A DNA stretch of 64,000 nt, taken from contig VXUF01000054.1 of the NCBI GenBank assembly GCA_009837085.1, positions 88,705 through 152,704 of the forward strand, read 5' to 3'. The stretch is from Holophagales bacterium (GTDB taxonomy: Bacteria > Acidobacteriota > Thermoanaerobaculia > Multivoradales > Multivoraceae). The stretch's first letter is position 1. Every line of letters begins with the position of its first letter. Positions 10,901 through 21,971 of this stretch are shown here, piece after piece. The notes below the pieces were generated by a model. It was not told the origin of the DNA, did no database searches, and saw only the letters and a list, made by a program, of their open reading frames with translations. The position numbers and the translations under genes are program-made.

Positions 10901-11445
10901 CCGACCTGGGCGGCACCGACGGCGACGCCGTCGTCATCCAGGCCCGGCTGGACGCGGCAAGCGCCGACCTCTCGTACCGCGGCTTCTCGGCACCGACCCG
11001 GCCCGCACCCAACGGCCCGCACCTGTTCGACTACCAGCGCACGGGCACCGAGTCCCCCTGGCTGCCCTTCCCCGGCCGGTACACCCGCTTCGGCGACGTC
11101 CGCGAGCTGCTCGCCGAGGTCGACGACCACCAGATCGTGATCGGCCCCGGCGACGAGATCCGGATCCTGTTCGATGCCCGGGATCTGCCGGCGCCTGCGC
11201 CCGGCCATATCCGAACCGTGTTCCTGGAGAGCTTCGGCTGGGACAAGGACGCCGACCGCAACACCTGGAAGGCGGACAGCAACCTGCCGCTACCCTTCCA
11301 GGCCATGTCCGGCTACCCGTTCGCGCCCGGCGAGGCCTATCCCCGAACGCCGGAACTCGACGCCTACCGCGCCGAGTGGCTGACCCGGGTGGTCGGCCCG
11401 GAGACGCCGTTCAGCCCGGTCCCGGCGCCCGCCTCGGGCCGCTGA
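7909..11445 (+). CDS. Secreted TPR + FG-GAP/VCBS repeat + ASPIC/UnbV domain protein (CRTAC1 family, fused form)
   Basis: Signal peptide (LVLLAALAPAAAPAQ). TPR region. Multiple DxDxDGxxD FG-GAP-like repeats. C-terminal UnbV_ASPIC-like block (NNWLRVRLVG...GRGTTIEV). The ATG at 7909 is in frame with the long ORF. Confidence 0.8.
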   Translation: MLRNLPALVLLAALAPAAAPAQPTEEQVRLHGIGYAQLENEDAVQAEATYRRLIELLPEDSLGHANLAVALLRQDQQQAALAAIDRALELGGNRGDLLLIRADVLQGGAGSNEEALVDYRRAARATPDDPEVQYALFRHAEIMSGPEAKANLRAAVDRLRALRPDNLVVLLLSGAAALEDGDRGRASDDYLRIRELLWQAQPVAERVIEEVLDALETDDLERARAYAPRLRNVLLATPGWHSSLAEVYTNIRGIPVERFVDESPIEDFGEALPVRFRAIRIDNAPTPNRALEVADFDGDDRPDIARAATAGGGDSAARLELRRAGGGYAAPAVAPETGARVLVVGDADNDRQLDLIAVGDPLAVWQVDDTPRFADASDRFLPNAMAATAADLLDFDSDGDLDLAVAPAGGTPELLRNVSGEGVFEGPLEALGPKALPDTEARSYHHLQATDADRDGDTDLLFAHDDGVLWLDNQRQGRFAERVPPAPGRGFLGTLLGRLRGDEPATGGLTTGSPVRAVRTADLSADGVPEFLLAGESTLILKRAEDGAVAPFPLTSESTALPGNATDLALLDADNDGRRDIAFVADGELRVLTQTSNSGAPALEFRLAQVTGLPREAGFTAVRADDLDGDGDQDLVAAGATGLYRIENLDGSENNWLRVRLVGLDLGNQKNNVFGRGTTIEVKSERAYQYFEVDRPITHIGLGNRRRPDLIRVVWANGVPQNRLNPGSDQTIVEEQVLKGSCPFLYTWDGEKVSFVTDLLWGAPLGMPLADGVWNGYDPDELVRVDGATPRDGFYDLRITEELWEAAYIDRVRLWVVDHREGVEVASNLRIVPGRGHIGRPSDEVVSSAVVRPVVHAIDGRGRDVTERIRSRDEVYADGYERSRFQGHAAEPWIFTFDLGEAPGRPVRLWLDGWVFPADASLNLAIAQAVEHGDLEMVMTRLEVETGDGWKTLLDPMGFPPGKTKTMVVDTPPLPAGARKLRIVTTRWLHWDRVAWSTDLGGTDGDAVVIQARLDAASADLSYRGFSAPTRPAPNGPHLFDYQRTGTESPWLPFPGRYTRFGDVRELLAEVDDHQIVIGPGDEIRILFDARDLPAPAPGHIRTVFLESFGWDKDADRNTWKADSNLPLPFQAMSGYPFAPGEAYPRTPELDAYRAEWLTRVVGPETPFSPVPAPASGR

Positions 11446-11536
11446 GGCAGCTCGCCGTGCACACTCCGCTAACCTAACCGCCGGCCGGTGACGCGGCGCG
11501 CCGCCGCCATCCCAGGAACGCACCAGGAGAACAGAC

Positions 11537-12946
11537 GTGGCAAACGGTTCCGGCGGACGCGGCAGGTTCGGTCAACTCGGGTTCATCTTCGCCGCCGTCG
11601 GCTCGGCGATCGGCCTCGGCAACATCTGGAAGTTCCCGTACATCACCTACGCGAACGACGGCGGCTCGTTCGTCCTCGTCTACCTGGTCGCGATCGTGCT
11701 GATCGGTCTGCCGATCATGATGGCGGAGCTGATCATCGGACGCAGCACCCGGCAAAGCCCCGTCGGCGCCTTCGTGGAGGCCGCCAGGGGCGCGATCGGA
11801 GGCCGGGCCTGGGGCGCGGTGGGCGCCCTGGGAACGCTCGGCAGCTTCATCCTCCTGTCGTACTACGCCCTGATCGCCGGCTGGACGGTGTACTACTTCG
11901 GCCAGTGCCTGAGCTGGTCGTTTCGCGGCTTCGACACCGGCGGACAGACCCTCGGCGACTCGTTCGGCGCCTTCCTCGGTAACGGGCCGCTCCAGATCGG
12001 CTTCCACGCCCTGTTCATGGCCGTGACGGTCGGAGTCGTCGCCCTGGGCGTGCAAGGCGGAATCGAACGGGTGGCCAAGACGCTGATGCCGGTGCTGGGG
12101 GCCATCCTCATCCTGCTCGTCGTCAACTCGTTCTGGAGCCCGGGCTTTGGCGAGGCGGTCCGCTTCCTGTTCCATGTCGGCCCGGTCACCGCCGATGGCC
12201 TGCTGGAGGCGGTCGGCCATGCTTTCTTCACGCTCTCCGTCGGCATGGGCGCGATGATCACCTACGGCTCCTACATGAGATCGAGGCAGTCGATCCCGAG
12301 GAGCGCCGCCGCGATCACGCTGCTCGACACTCTGGTGGCGCTGATGGCGTGCATCGTCATGTTCTCCATCATCTTCAGCGTCGACGGCGCGGAACGCGCC
12401 GGGACGTTCGGCAAGAGCGCGACGATTCTGTTCACGACCCTGCCGCAGATGTTCTACGAGATGCCGCTCGGCGTCGTCCTGGCGCCGCTGTTCTACCTGC
12501 TCGTCGGCTTCGCGGCTCTGACCTCGACCATCTCGCTGCTCGAAGTCGTCGCCGCCTACCTGATCGACCGGAGGGGTCTGAGCCGGCGAAAGGCCAGCCT
12601 GCTCTCGGGCGGCGCCGTCTTCCTCTTCGGCATCCCCTCGGCACTCTCGCTTGGCGCCGTCACCGGCTTCTCGTCCTGGGCGCCCCTGGGCGAACGCACC
12701 GCCGGTTTCTTCGACACGATGGACTACACCGTCTCGAACTGGATCCTGCCCCTCGGCGGCCTGACGCTGGCGATCTTCGTCGGCTGGTTCCTGAGCCGCA
12801 GCAAGTCCCGCGACGCGCTCGCCGACGGCCACGGCGACGTGAGCCGGTGGTACTTCATCTGGCGCGACGTCCTGCTGCGCTTCGTCTGCCCGGTGGCGAT
12901 CCTGTGGATCATCTGGGCCGTGATCGGGGGGCGGTCGTTCGCCTGA
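11537..12946 (+). CDS. Sodium-dependent transporter, neurotransmitter:sodium symporter (SNF) family
   Basis: N-terminal NSS signature (GLGNIWKFPY), about 12 TM segments. GTG start with AGGAGA 7 nt upstream. Confidence 0.9.
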   Translation: MANGSGGRGRFGQLGFIFAAVGSAIGLGNIWKFPYITYANDGGSFVLVYLVAIVLIGLPIMMAELIIGRSTRQSPVGAFVEAARGAIGGRAWGAVGALGTLGSFILLSYYALIAGWTVYYFGQCLSWSFRGFDTGGQTLGDSFGAFLGNGPLQIGFHALFMAVTVGVVALGVQGGIERVAKTLMPVLGAILILLVVNSFWSPGFGEAVRFLFHVGPVTADGLLEAVGHAFFTLSVGMGAMITYGSYMRSRQSIPRSAAAITLLDTLVALMACIVMFSIIFSVDGAERAGTFGKSATILFTTLPQMFYEMPLGVVLAPLFYLLVGFAALTSTISLLEVVAAYLIDRRGLSRRKASLLSGGAVFLFGIPSALSLGAVTGFSSWAPLGERTAGFFDTMDYTVSNWILPLGGLTLAIFVGWFLSRSKSRDALADGHGDVSRWYFIWRDVLLRFVCPVAILWIIWAVIGGRSFA

Positions 12947-12964
12947 CGCAAGGCCTGCAAACCA

Positions 12965-13954
12965 CTAGAGTCCCAGTCTGCCGGAGAGCCAGGGCAGGAA
13001 CTCCTCATCCACCAACGCCTCGATCCTGAGTTCCTGAAGCGGCGGCGCCCCCGCCGGGAGGCGGCCGCGGAGCTTGACCGCGTCCTTGGAGGTCACAACG
13101 ACGGCGTCGCAGCGATGGCGGGCGGCGGCGGATTCGATCGCGCGGAGGGAACGCGGCGGATAGCCGTGGTGGTCGGGGAAGCGGAGGTGATCCAGGCACT
13201 CCAGGCCGGCAGCGGCCGCCGTGCGGACGACGCGCTCCGGGCGGGCGACGCCGGTCACGAGTAGCGGTCGCTCCGGTGACGGGCCGCCCACAAGCTCGGA
13301 CCGGAGCGTCGACGTGAACACCCGGCCGGCGAAGCCGTGCCGGCGCAGCGTCGGCTCGAAGTCGGCCGGCGGTTCGGCGCCGGCTTCGAGGCCGGTGAGC
13401 ACCGCGGCGTCGGCGAGGCGCGCCATGCCCAGCGGCTCGCGCAGCCGGCCGCCCGGCAACAGGAGGCCGCCGGCAAAGGGATCGGCGGCTGGAAAGGTCA
13501 GGATCTCGACGTCGCGGCGTACCCGAACATGGGAGAAGCCGTCGTCCAGCAGGAAGACGTCGACGTCCGGCGCCCGTTCGAGAGCGAGGGCGGCAGCCGC
13601 TCGGCGGTCGGCGCCGACCGTCACCACCACTCCCGGCGCCTGCTCGGCGAGCATCACCGGCTCGTCACCGGCCTGTTCCACTGGGACGAGCGGCCCCTCA
13701 CCGAGGCTCACGACTCGAGGCTCGCGACCCCTGCGCCGGTAGCCGCGCGCCAGCACGGCGATCCTCGGGCCCAGGTCGGCCAGGCCAAGCGCCACGGCGA
13801 TCACCGTTGGCGTCTTGCCGCTGCCGCCCCAGTGCAGGTTGCCGATGCTGACCGTCTTGCGGCCCAGGCTCGCGGCGCGCGCCGACCAGGAACGGCGGCG
13901 GCGATGGTGCGCCCACTCGTAGAACCGCTGCCAGGGACTGCGGGCCGCGCTCAA
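12965..13954 (-). CDS. lpxK: Tetraacyldisaccharide 4'-kinase
   Basis: P-loop GNLHWGGSGKTP and whole-length LpxK similarity. TTG start inferred from a TTGA overlap with the waaA stop. The longer ORF (to 14083) would overlap waaA by 130 nt. Confidence 0.8.
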   Translation of the reverse strand: MSAARSPWQRFYEWAHHRRRRSWSARAASLGRKTVSIGNLHWGGSGKTPTVIAVALGLADLGPRIAVLARGYRRRGREPRVVSLGEGPLVPVEQAGDEPVMLAEQAPGVVVTVGADRRAAAALALERAPDVDVFLLDDGFSHVRVRRDVEILTFPAADPFAGGLLLPGGRLREPLGMARLADAAVLTGLEAGAEPPADFEPTLRRHGFAGRVFTSTLRSELVGGPSPERPLLVTGVARPERVVRTAAAAGLECLDHLRFPDHHGYPPRSLRAIESAAARHRCDAVVVTSKDAVKLRGRLPAGAPPLQELRIEALVDEEFLPWLSGRLGL

Positions 13955-15234
13955 TCCAGATCCACCAGTTCGCTCAGGAGCTCCACCGAACGCTCCACGG
14001 CGCCTCGGTTCCGGTCGACGATCGCGAGACCGCGCCTGCCCTGCTCCGTCGCCTCGCGCGGGTGGTCGAGAAAGCGCCGCCACGCTTCGGTCAACGCCTC
14101 GCCGTCCGCAGCCAGAGTCACGCCATCCGCGACCTCGAGGTCGCGCGCGATGCGCCGGAAGTTCTCCATCGACGGACCGACGATCACGGGCACGCCGAAC
14201 CGCGCCGCCTCGATCGGGTTGTGGCCACCGGTCGGCACGAGCGTGCCGCCGATGAAAGCGACGGACGCCAGCCGGTAGATCGAGGCCAGCTCGCCCAGGG
14301 AGTCGAGGAGGACGATCTCGGGCGGTGACGCCGACGCCGGCTCATGCGCACGAGCGCCGGGAATGCCGCTCCGTCGCATCCCCGGCAGCGACCGTTCCTC
14401 GACCTCTCGCCACACATCGTCGAAGCGTTCCGGATGACGGGGTGCCAGGATCAGCAAGGCCTCGCGGTCCAGCTGCTCGAAGGCGTCGAGGACGATCGGC
14501 TCTTCGCCGGGCATCGTCGAGCCGGCGACCAGGATCGGCCGCTCCGCGGCGAGGTTGCGCAGTGCCTTCTCCAGGCCGGCCACCGGGACCGGTTCCGGGG
14601 TGTCGAACTTCAGGTTGCCGGTCAACGAGGTGCGCGCCGGCCGCGCGCCCAGGCTCAGCAGGCGCTCTTCGTCCTGCGGGCTCTGGGCGCCCAACCGACC
14701 CAGCGGGTCGAGCAGGAACCGCCGGTAGAGACGGCCGGCCCGCTTCATCCGCCCGTAGCTACGGTCGCTGATGCGGGCATTGAGCACGCCCACGGGAATC
14801 GACCGGCGGCGGCAGTCCCGCAGTAGCAGGGGCCAGAGCTCGCTCTCGAACAGGACCAGAGCGCGCGGCGCGTAGCGATCCAGAAAACGCCTGACCAGCA
14901 ACCCCAGGTCGAACGGCAGGTAGGTGACGACCACGCTCCTGCCACCCGCGGCCAAGGGCTCGAAGAGTCTCGTGGCCGCCGCCTGACCCGTGGGCGTCAC
15001 CGTCGTCACCACCAGGTCGAGGTCCGGCGGCAGGGCCCGCGCCAGGGTCGCCGCGACTCCGGCCTCGCCCACCGACGCCGCGTGCAGCCACAGCGGCCTG
15101 GTCCCCCGGGCCTCCGGCAGGCGTCCCAGCCGGGCAGGCAGTGTCGGCAGGTAGTGCCGGCCGCGCCGGGCCAGCAGCACGGGAGCCGCCACGCCCAACC
15201 CTGCCGCCATCGCGAGCTGGTAGAGGAACCACAT
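13951..15234 (-). CDS. waaA: 3-deoxy-D-manno-octulosonic acid transferase (Kdo transferase)
   Basis: N-terminus MWFLYQLAMAAGL...RRGRHYLP is typical of KdtA/WaaA. The ATG at 15234 gives 427 aa. The upstream 207 codons of the ORF look like low-complexity extension. Confidence 0.85.
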   Translation of the reverse strand: MWFLYQLAMAAGLGVAAPVLLARRGRHYLPTLPARLGRLPEARGTRPLWLHAASVGEAGVAATLARALPPDLDLVVTTVTPTGQAAATRLFEPLAAGGRSVVVTYLPFDLGLLVRRFLDRYAPRALVLFESELWPLLLRDCRRRSIPVGVLNARISDRSYGRMKRAGRLYRRFLLDPLGRLGAQSPQDEERLLSLGARPARTSLTGNLKFDTPEPVPVAGLEKALRNLAAERPILVAGSTMPGEEPIVLDAFEQLDREALLILAPRHPERFDDVWREVEERSLPGMRRSGIPGARAHEPASASPPEIVLLDSLGELASIYRLASVAFIGGTLVPTGGHNPIEAARFGVPVIVGPSMENFRRIARDLEVADGVTLAADGEALTEAWRRFLDHPREATEQGRRGLAIVDRNRGAVERSVELLSELVDLD

Positions 15235-15295
15235 AAGGTGACGGCCGGGCGCCCGACCGTTTCCGGTGCAACGCGCAGTGAAGTCATGGGACTGC

Positions 15296-15326
15296 CGAAG
15301 CCCCGTATTGATGCACGAGTATAATT
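15296..15326 (+). promoter_or_regulatory. Possible sigma-70-type -10 element (perfect TATAAT at about 15320-15325, TTGATG 6 nt upstream) about 90 nt upstream of the ECF sigma gene
   Basis: Read directly from the divergent intergenic region 15235-15414. The spacing to the TTGATG is not canonical. Confidence 0.25.
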
Positions 15327-15414
15327 CCGCCGCCTGCTGGCGGAGGGCCCTTCCGTCTCCCGAAGCGCGGCCTCTTGGACGCTTTGCCCCGGGCCTCCGT
15401 ATCAACAGCGAGGC

Positions 15415-16122
15415 ATGAGATCCGCGCAAGCCATCCGCATGGAACCGCCACGCGAAGATCCTCCCCGGAGCGGTCTCACGATCGCGTACTCCCGCCATCA
15501 ACGCCAGGTGGCGTGGAGCGACGCATCCGACCTCGAACTCCTGGAGGGCCTTCGCCGCGACGACGATCTCGCGCTCGACGAGCTGATGCGCCGCAAGACG
15601 ACCCGGCTGGTTCAACTGGCCACCCGGCTGGTTGGCGATCGGGAAGACGCCCGCGACATCGTCCAGATTGCCTTCCTGCGGGTCTGGAACTCGCGGCATC
15701 GATTCGACCGCCGCTACAGCCCGAACACCTGGATCTACCGGATCGTCTCGAACCTCGCGATCGACCACCTGCGGTCCCGCTCCTCCCGCCTGCGCTCGCT
15801 GCAGAGTTTCCAGGTGCACCACGAGCATCAACGGGGAGAGACTTCCGCGCGGCAACTCGATTTACTCTCCGCCAGTGAAGTCCGGTCCGTGTTCCACGAA
15901 CTCGCCTCCACTCTGAGCGAGAAGCAGCGCGCCGTGTTCGTGCTGCGCGAGATGGAGGGGTTGGCCGGCAAGGAGATCGCCGGCATCCTCGGCATCCGTC
16001 CCTCGACCGTCCGCAACCACCTGTTCAACAGCCGCAAGCTGCTCCGCGAGGAGTTGCTCAGGCGATACCCCGAGTACGCGCAGAGAGCCGGAACCCGTGC
16101 CGGGAGAAAGGAGCGCCCATGA
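15415..16122 (+). CDS. ECF-family RNA polymerase sigma factor (sigma-70 regions 2 and 4)
   Basis: Region 2 (DIVQIAFLRVWNSRHRFD...WIYRIVSNLAIDHLR) and region 4 HTH (EKQRAVFVLREMEGLAGKEIAGILGIRPSTV). Confidence 0.9.
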   Translation: MRSAQAIRMEPPREDPPRSGLTIAYSRHQRQVAWSDASDLELLEGLRRDDDLALDELMRRKTTRLVQLATRLVGDREDARDIVQIAFLRVWNSRHRFDRRYSPNTWIYRIVSNLAIDHLRSRSSRLRSLQSFQVHHEHQRGETSARQLDLLSASEVRSVFHELASTLSEKQRAVFVLREMEGLAGKEIAGILGIRPSTVRNHLFNSRKLLREELLRRYPEYAQRAGTRAGRKERP

Positions 16123-16673
16123 CCTCTCTCTGCCCCGACTGGGCTGCCCTCCTCCGCGAACGCGAGCAAGCCGAACGGAGTTCGGAGGTCGGCGACGCGA
16201 CCGCGGACGCCGCCTGGGAAGACGCTCTCCGCCACCGGGAAGACTGCGAACGCTGCCGTAGGGCCTCGCTCGATGCGGATCCAGTGCTGCTGTTCAGCGG
16301 CAACTCCACCCGCGACGACGAGGAGGTCAGTGCGGGTGACATCGACGCGATCCGCCAGCGCGTGCGGCTCGAGCTCGACGGACGGGCGACCGAGAGACGC
16401 CTGAACGAGGCGCGGAGCGCCCGGCGACGGCTGCCCATGGCTTCGGTACTGGCCGCCGGCACCGCGGCCGCGGCGCTCGGCCTGAGTTTCCTGCTGTGGC
16501 CGGAGGCCGCGCCGCCGTCCGAAGAGATCGCGGACGCCACGGCGGTGCTGCCCGACCACATCGCGATGGCGCCGCTGGTCGAGCCGCTCGGCGACGAACC
16601 GCTGCAGGTCTACCAGCTTCCCGGCAACGGCGATGGGGACGGCCTCGACGTGGTCCTGGTGGTGGCGCCGTGA
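16119..16673 (+). CDS. Anti-sigma factor, zf-HC2 type, single TM
   Basis: ATGA overlap with the sigma gene. H-x3-C-x2-C motif (HREDCERC). One TM segment (ASVLAAGTAAAALGLSFLLW). Confidence 0.7.
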   Translation: MTSLCPDWAALLREREQAERSSEVGDATADAAWEDALRHREDCERCRRASLDADPVLLFSGNSTRDDEEVSAGDIDAIRQRVRLELDGRATERRLNEARSARRRLPMASVLAAGTAAAALGLSFLLWPEAAPPSEEIADATAVLPDHIAMAPLVEPLGDEPLQVYQLPGNGDGDGLDVVLVVAP

Positions 16674-17407
16674 GCGCCGTTGGCGCCTTTCGTCGGGCAC
16701 TGGCCGCCCTGCCCCTGCTGACGGCCGCCGGCACACTGCAGCCAGCCTTCGCGCAACCCGGAAACGCGCAGCAGGAGGCCGAGACCCAGATCCGCCACGC
16801 CTTCACGCTCCAGCATCAGCGAGCGGACGACGCCCTGGAGTGGATGCAGAACGAGATGTCGCCCCAGGGCACGATCGAACTGCAGCGAGCGACCAACACC
16901 CTGGTGTTGAGGGACCGGAGCAGCGTGCTCGAGCACCTGCTCGCCTTGCTGCGCGACTTCGACCACCCGCGCCAGCAGATCGAGTTCGAGATCTTCATCC
17001 TCGAGGCGTCGCGCCGCGGCAGCGGCGACCCGCGTTCCGAGCTGCCCGCGCAGCTCACCGACGAGCTGGGCAACTGGCTGGCCTTCACGAGTTACCGTTT
17101 GCTCGGTCAGGGCCAGTTCGAAGCGACAGAGGGCGAGGACGTCCGCTACGAGATCGGCACCGAGTTCCGGCTCAGCTTCCGGGTCGGCACCGTGCTGCTC
17201 GACCGCCGGCTCAAGCTGTACGGAGTCGAGATCGAACGTAGCCGCAGCGCCGTCCTCGACGAGCGAGTCTTCAACGGTCACCTCAACGTGTGGGTCGGGA
17301 AGCCGCTGGTCCTGGCTCTTCCCTATCGGGGATCCGACGCCAGTGGCCTGGTGGTCGCCGTGACTGTACGGTCTCCCCGGGAAGACGGCCTGGGCGCCGG
17401 CGACTAG
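16670..17407 (+). CDS. Periplasmic protein with a single Secretin_N-like domain (no secretin beta-barrel)
   Basis: GTG start overlapping the upstream stop. Signal peptide ending AFA-Q. The segment ATNTLVLRDRSSVLEHLLALLRDFD..QIEFEIFILEAS matches the Secretin_N pattern. Confidence 0.65.
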   Translation: MSAVGAFRRALAALPLLTAAGTLQPAFAQPGNAQQEAETQIRHAFTLQHQRADDALEWMQNEMSPQGTIELQRATNTLVLRDRSSVLEHLLALLRDFDHPRQQIEFEIFILEASRRGSGDPRSELPAQLTDELGNWLAFTSYRLLGQGQFEATEGEDVRYEIGTEFRLSFRVGTVLLDRRLKLYGVEIERSRSAVLDERVFNGHLNVWVGKPLVLALPYRGSDASGLVVAVTVRSPREDGLGAGD

Positions 17408-17421
17408 GAGCGGATCGGGTC

Positions 17422-18659
17422 ATGCAGTTCGTCTGCCGGCTTGGCACCGCCGACGGTCGCATCGTGGAGCAGATCCACGAGGCGCCGGACCTGCGCACCG
17501 CGCGTCGCGAGATCGAGCGCCGCGGACTGTACATCTTCGAGATCAGGCGCCGCGGACTGCAGCACCTCTTCGGGTCGCTTCTGGGCGCGGGTTCGGCCAC
17601 CGGCGAGGGCGGCCGCAAGGCGATCCCGGGACAGGACTTCCTGATCTTCAACCAGCAGTTGGCGGGCCTGCTCAGCGCGGGACTGCCCCTGCTCCAGTGC
17701 CTGGACCTGCTGTGCGAGCGACAGCGCCACGCCGCCTTCAAGGAGGCGCTGAGCGACATCCGGGACCGCGTCGAGAGCGGCGAGGAGCTCTCCGAGGCCT
17801 TTGCGGGCGCGGGGAACTCGTTCCCGCCGATCTACAGCTCGATGCTCAAGGCGGGTGAGCAGAGCGGCGGACTGGAACGGGTCATTCGCCGGTACGTCCG
17901 CCAGCTCAAGCTGGTCACGAGCTCCCGCAAGCGGGTGGTCAGCGCGTTCTTCTACCCGGCCCTCCTGATCTGCCTGTCCGTCGGCATCGTGGCGGTGATG
18001 ATGTTCTTCGTCATGCCCCGCTTCGAGGAGTTCTACGTGGCGCTCGATCTCGATCTTCCCTGGATCACCCAACTCCTCCTCGCCATGTCCCAAGTGCTGC
18101 GCAGTCCGACCACGCTGGTGCTGATGGCCGCAGCAGCGGTCGCGATCTGGGCAAGCTGGAGGATTGGCAGAAGCGGCCGGATCGGTGCCCTGGTCGACCG
18201 CCTGAAACTGCGGTTGCCCATCATCGGGCCGATCTTCCACCGCTTCGCGCTGTCCGAGTTCTGCCGCTCCCTGGCCACCCTGCTGCACGGCGGCCTGCCA
18301 CTCGCCGCGGCGCTCGAAACCGCGGCGTCGGCCGTCACGAACCGGTTCCTGCACCAGCGGGCGGTGGCGCTCGGGCCGCGCATCCGCGAGGGCGAGGCTT
18401 TCCACATGGCGCTCGAAGAATCGGGGGTGTTCACCGACCTGGCGATCGACATGGTCAAGGTCGGCGAAGCGACCGGAGCCCTGGACGAGATGGTGAACAG
18501 CGTTTCCGACTTCCTCGACGAGGATGTCGAGACCCGGACCGAGCGGCTCCTCTCGCTCGTGGAGCCCGTCATGCTGGTCGTCATGGGCTGCACCATCGCA
18601 TTGCTCGTGCTCTCGATGTACCTGCCGCTCTTCAGCGTACTGGGACAGGTGCAGGGCTG

Positions 18660-18660
<1 letters not shown>
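17422..18660 (+). CDS. gspF: Type II secretion / type IV pilus platform protein GspF/PilC family
   Basis: Two T2SSF repeats, 3 TM segments. ATG at 17422 with AGGAG 11 nt upstream. Confidence 0.9.
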
Positions 18661-20345
<1,685 letters not shown>

Positions 20346-21317
20346 GCGCCTCGCCGGCCTCGACGAGCCTCGAGGACCGGCGTCGGTGTTCCTGCTCGAC
20401 GAGCGCGAACTCGTCCTGGCGCACTTCGTTCGCCAGAGCGGTCCCACGCCCGAGCTACAAGCCGTTCGGCGACGGGAACTGCCCGCCGACACGTTCCAGG
20501 AGGGGGCGCTGGGCGGGCCGTTGCGAGAGCCCGCCCAGTTCCACGACGTCGTCGCCGAGCTCCAGCAGGCGGCCGATACAGCCACCGGGGCTCAGGTCAC
20601 CGCCGCCGCACTCGTCCTCCCGGACCGCTGGCTGCGGCTGACGTTCGCGGAACTCGAGGACGTGCCCCGGGGTCCGCAGCATCGCGAGGAGGCCCTCCGC
20701 TTCAAGTTGCGCAAGCAGGTCCCCTTCCGGGTAGAGGAGTTGCGTGTCCGCGGCGCCCGGACCGGAAACGGCACCGGCGAGTCCGCGCGTTTTCTGATCG
20801 CCTTCGGCGTCGAGCGCGTACTGGCCCAGATCGAGGACTCGTTCCGCCGTGCCGGGATTCACATCGGAATGGTCACGAACGCCAGTCTCGGCGCCGTGAA
20901 CGGCATCCGGCAGGTGCACGACGTTAGCGGCGCGTTCCTGCTTGTACTTGCCCACCGCGACGGCTACTCCCTCCTGGCGCACACGGAGGACGGCCCCGCC
21001 CTCTACCGCTACAAGAACTTCGACCCGGCACTTCCTCCCTCGGTCGCTTCCCGACTGGCGGTGCGCGAGCTGCGGCTGACCAGGAGCTTCATCGAGGAGC
21101 GCGGCCTGTTCGGCGCCGAGGCCGGTCTGCCCGAGCACGTTCTGATGCTGGCGGCCGAAGCGTGCCGGGGAACCTGGCGCGAACGGCTCGAGAACGGCCT
21201 GGGGCTACCAGCCCGCGTTCTCGACGACAATACGACCTCCGGCAGCGGAACCGAGGCCGGAGACCTCGAACTCGACCGCGCCCTGCCGATGCTGGGTGCT
21301 TCGCTCGCGGTGAGGAC

Positions 21318-21971
21318 GTGAGCAGGTTCCTGAACCTTGCGGCCCGACCGTTCGTCAACCGCCGCCCCTGGCGCCGGCTGACCGCCCTGCTGTGGGCACT
21401 CGGCCTCGCCCTGCTGACCCTGAACGCGGTGCTGTACTGGGGCTACCTCACCGGCTCAGCCGACGCCCGCGCTGAACTTGCGGGGCTACGGGAGCAGCTC
21501 GCCGGAGACCAGACCGAACTCGACCGGCTGAGCGCCGAACTTACGCGTCTCGACCTGGAGGCGCAGAACCGCGAAGTCACGTTCCTGAACGAGCGCATCG
21601 CGGACCGGCGCTTCCCCTGGGGACAACTCTTCAACGACATCGAGGAAGCGTTGCCGTGGAACACACGTCTGCGAAGTCTGGCGCCCGAGCGCGGCGACCG
21701 GAACCGGCGGCGACGAACGGACTTTGGAACCGGTGACCGGTCCCGAGTGGTCCTCGACCTGACCGGCGAAGCCCGGGACGACCAGGGTCTGCTCGACCTG
21801 ATCGACGCCCTCTTCGAGCATCCTGCCTTCGACGATCCCAAGCTGCTCCACGAGAGCCGGCAGGACGCCGGCCCACTGGACTTCACCATCGCCGTCGTCT
21901 ATCTGCCTGGCGGTTCGCCCGGCAACACCGCGGAGACCGCAGCAGCGGCACCTGCGGAGGTCCAGCCGTGA
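21318..21971 (+). CDS. pilN: PilN-like bitopic membrane protein
   Basis: GTGA overlap. N-terminus LNLAARPFVNRRPWRRL followed by a TM segment, then a coiled-coil, as in PilN/GspL-periplasmic. Confidence 0.65.
   Translation: MSRFLNLAARPFVNRRPWRRLTALLWALGLALLTLNAVLYWGYLTGSADARAELAGLREQLAGDQTELDRLSAELTRLDLEAQNREVTFLNERIADRRFPWGQLFNDIEEALPWNTRLRSLAPERGDRNRRRRTDFGTGDRSRVVLDLTGEARDDQGLLDLIDALFEHPAFDDPKLLHESRQDAGPLDFTIAVVYLPGGSPGNTAETAAAAPAEVQP

Noticed and set aside
13951-15855. 634-aa long form of the waaA ORF. Likewise 12965-14083 lpxK, 36171-38825 oxidoreductase (884 aa), 38422-40083, 54031-55629, 52321-53418, 60252-62363 and 41934-43967 N-terminal extensions.
   Set aside because: The upstream extensions are low-complexity, overlap neighbouring genes out of frame, and lack homology. 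Internal starts give proteins of canonical length with SD sequences or 4-nt coupling overlaps.
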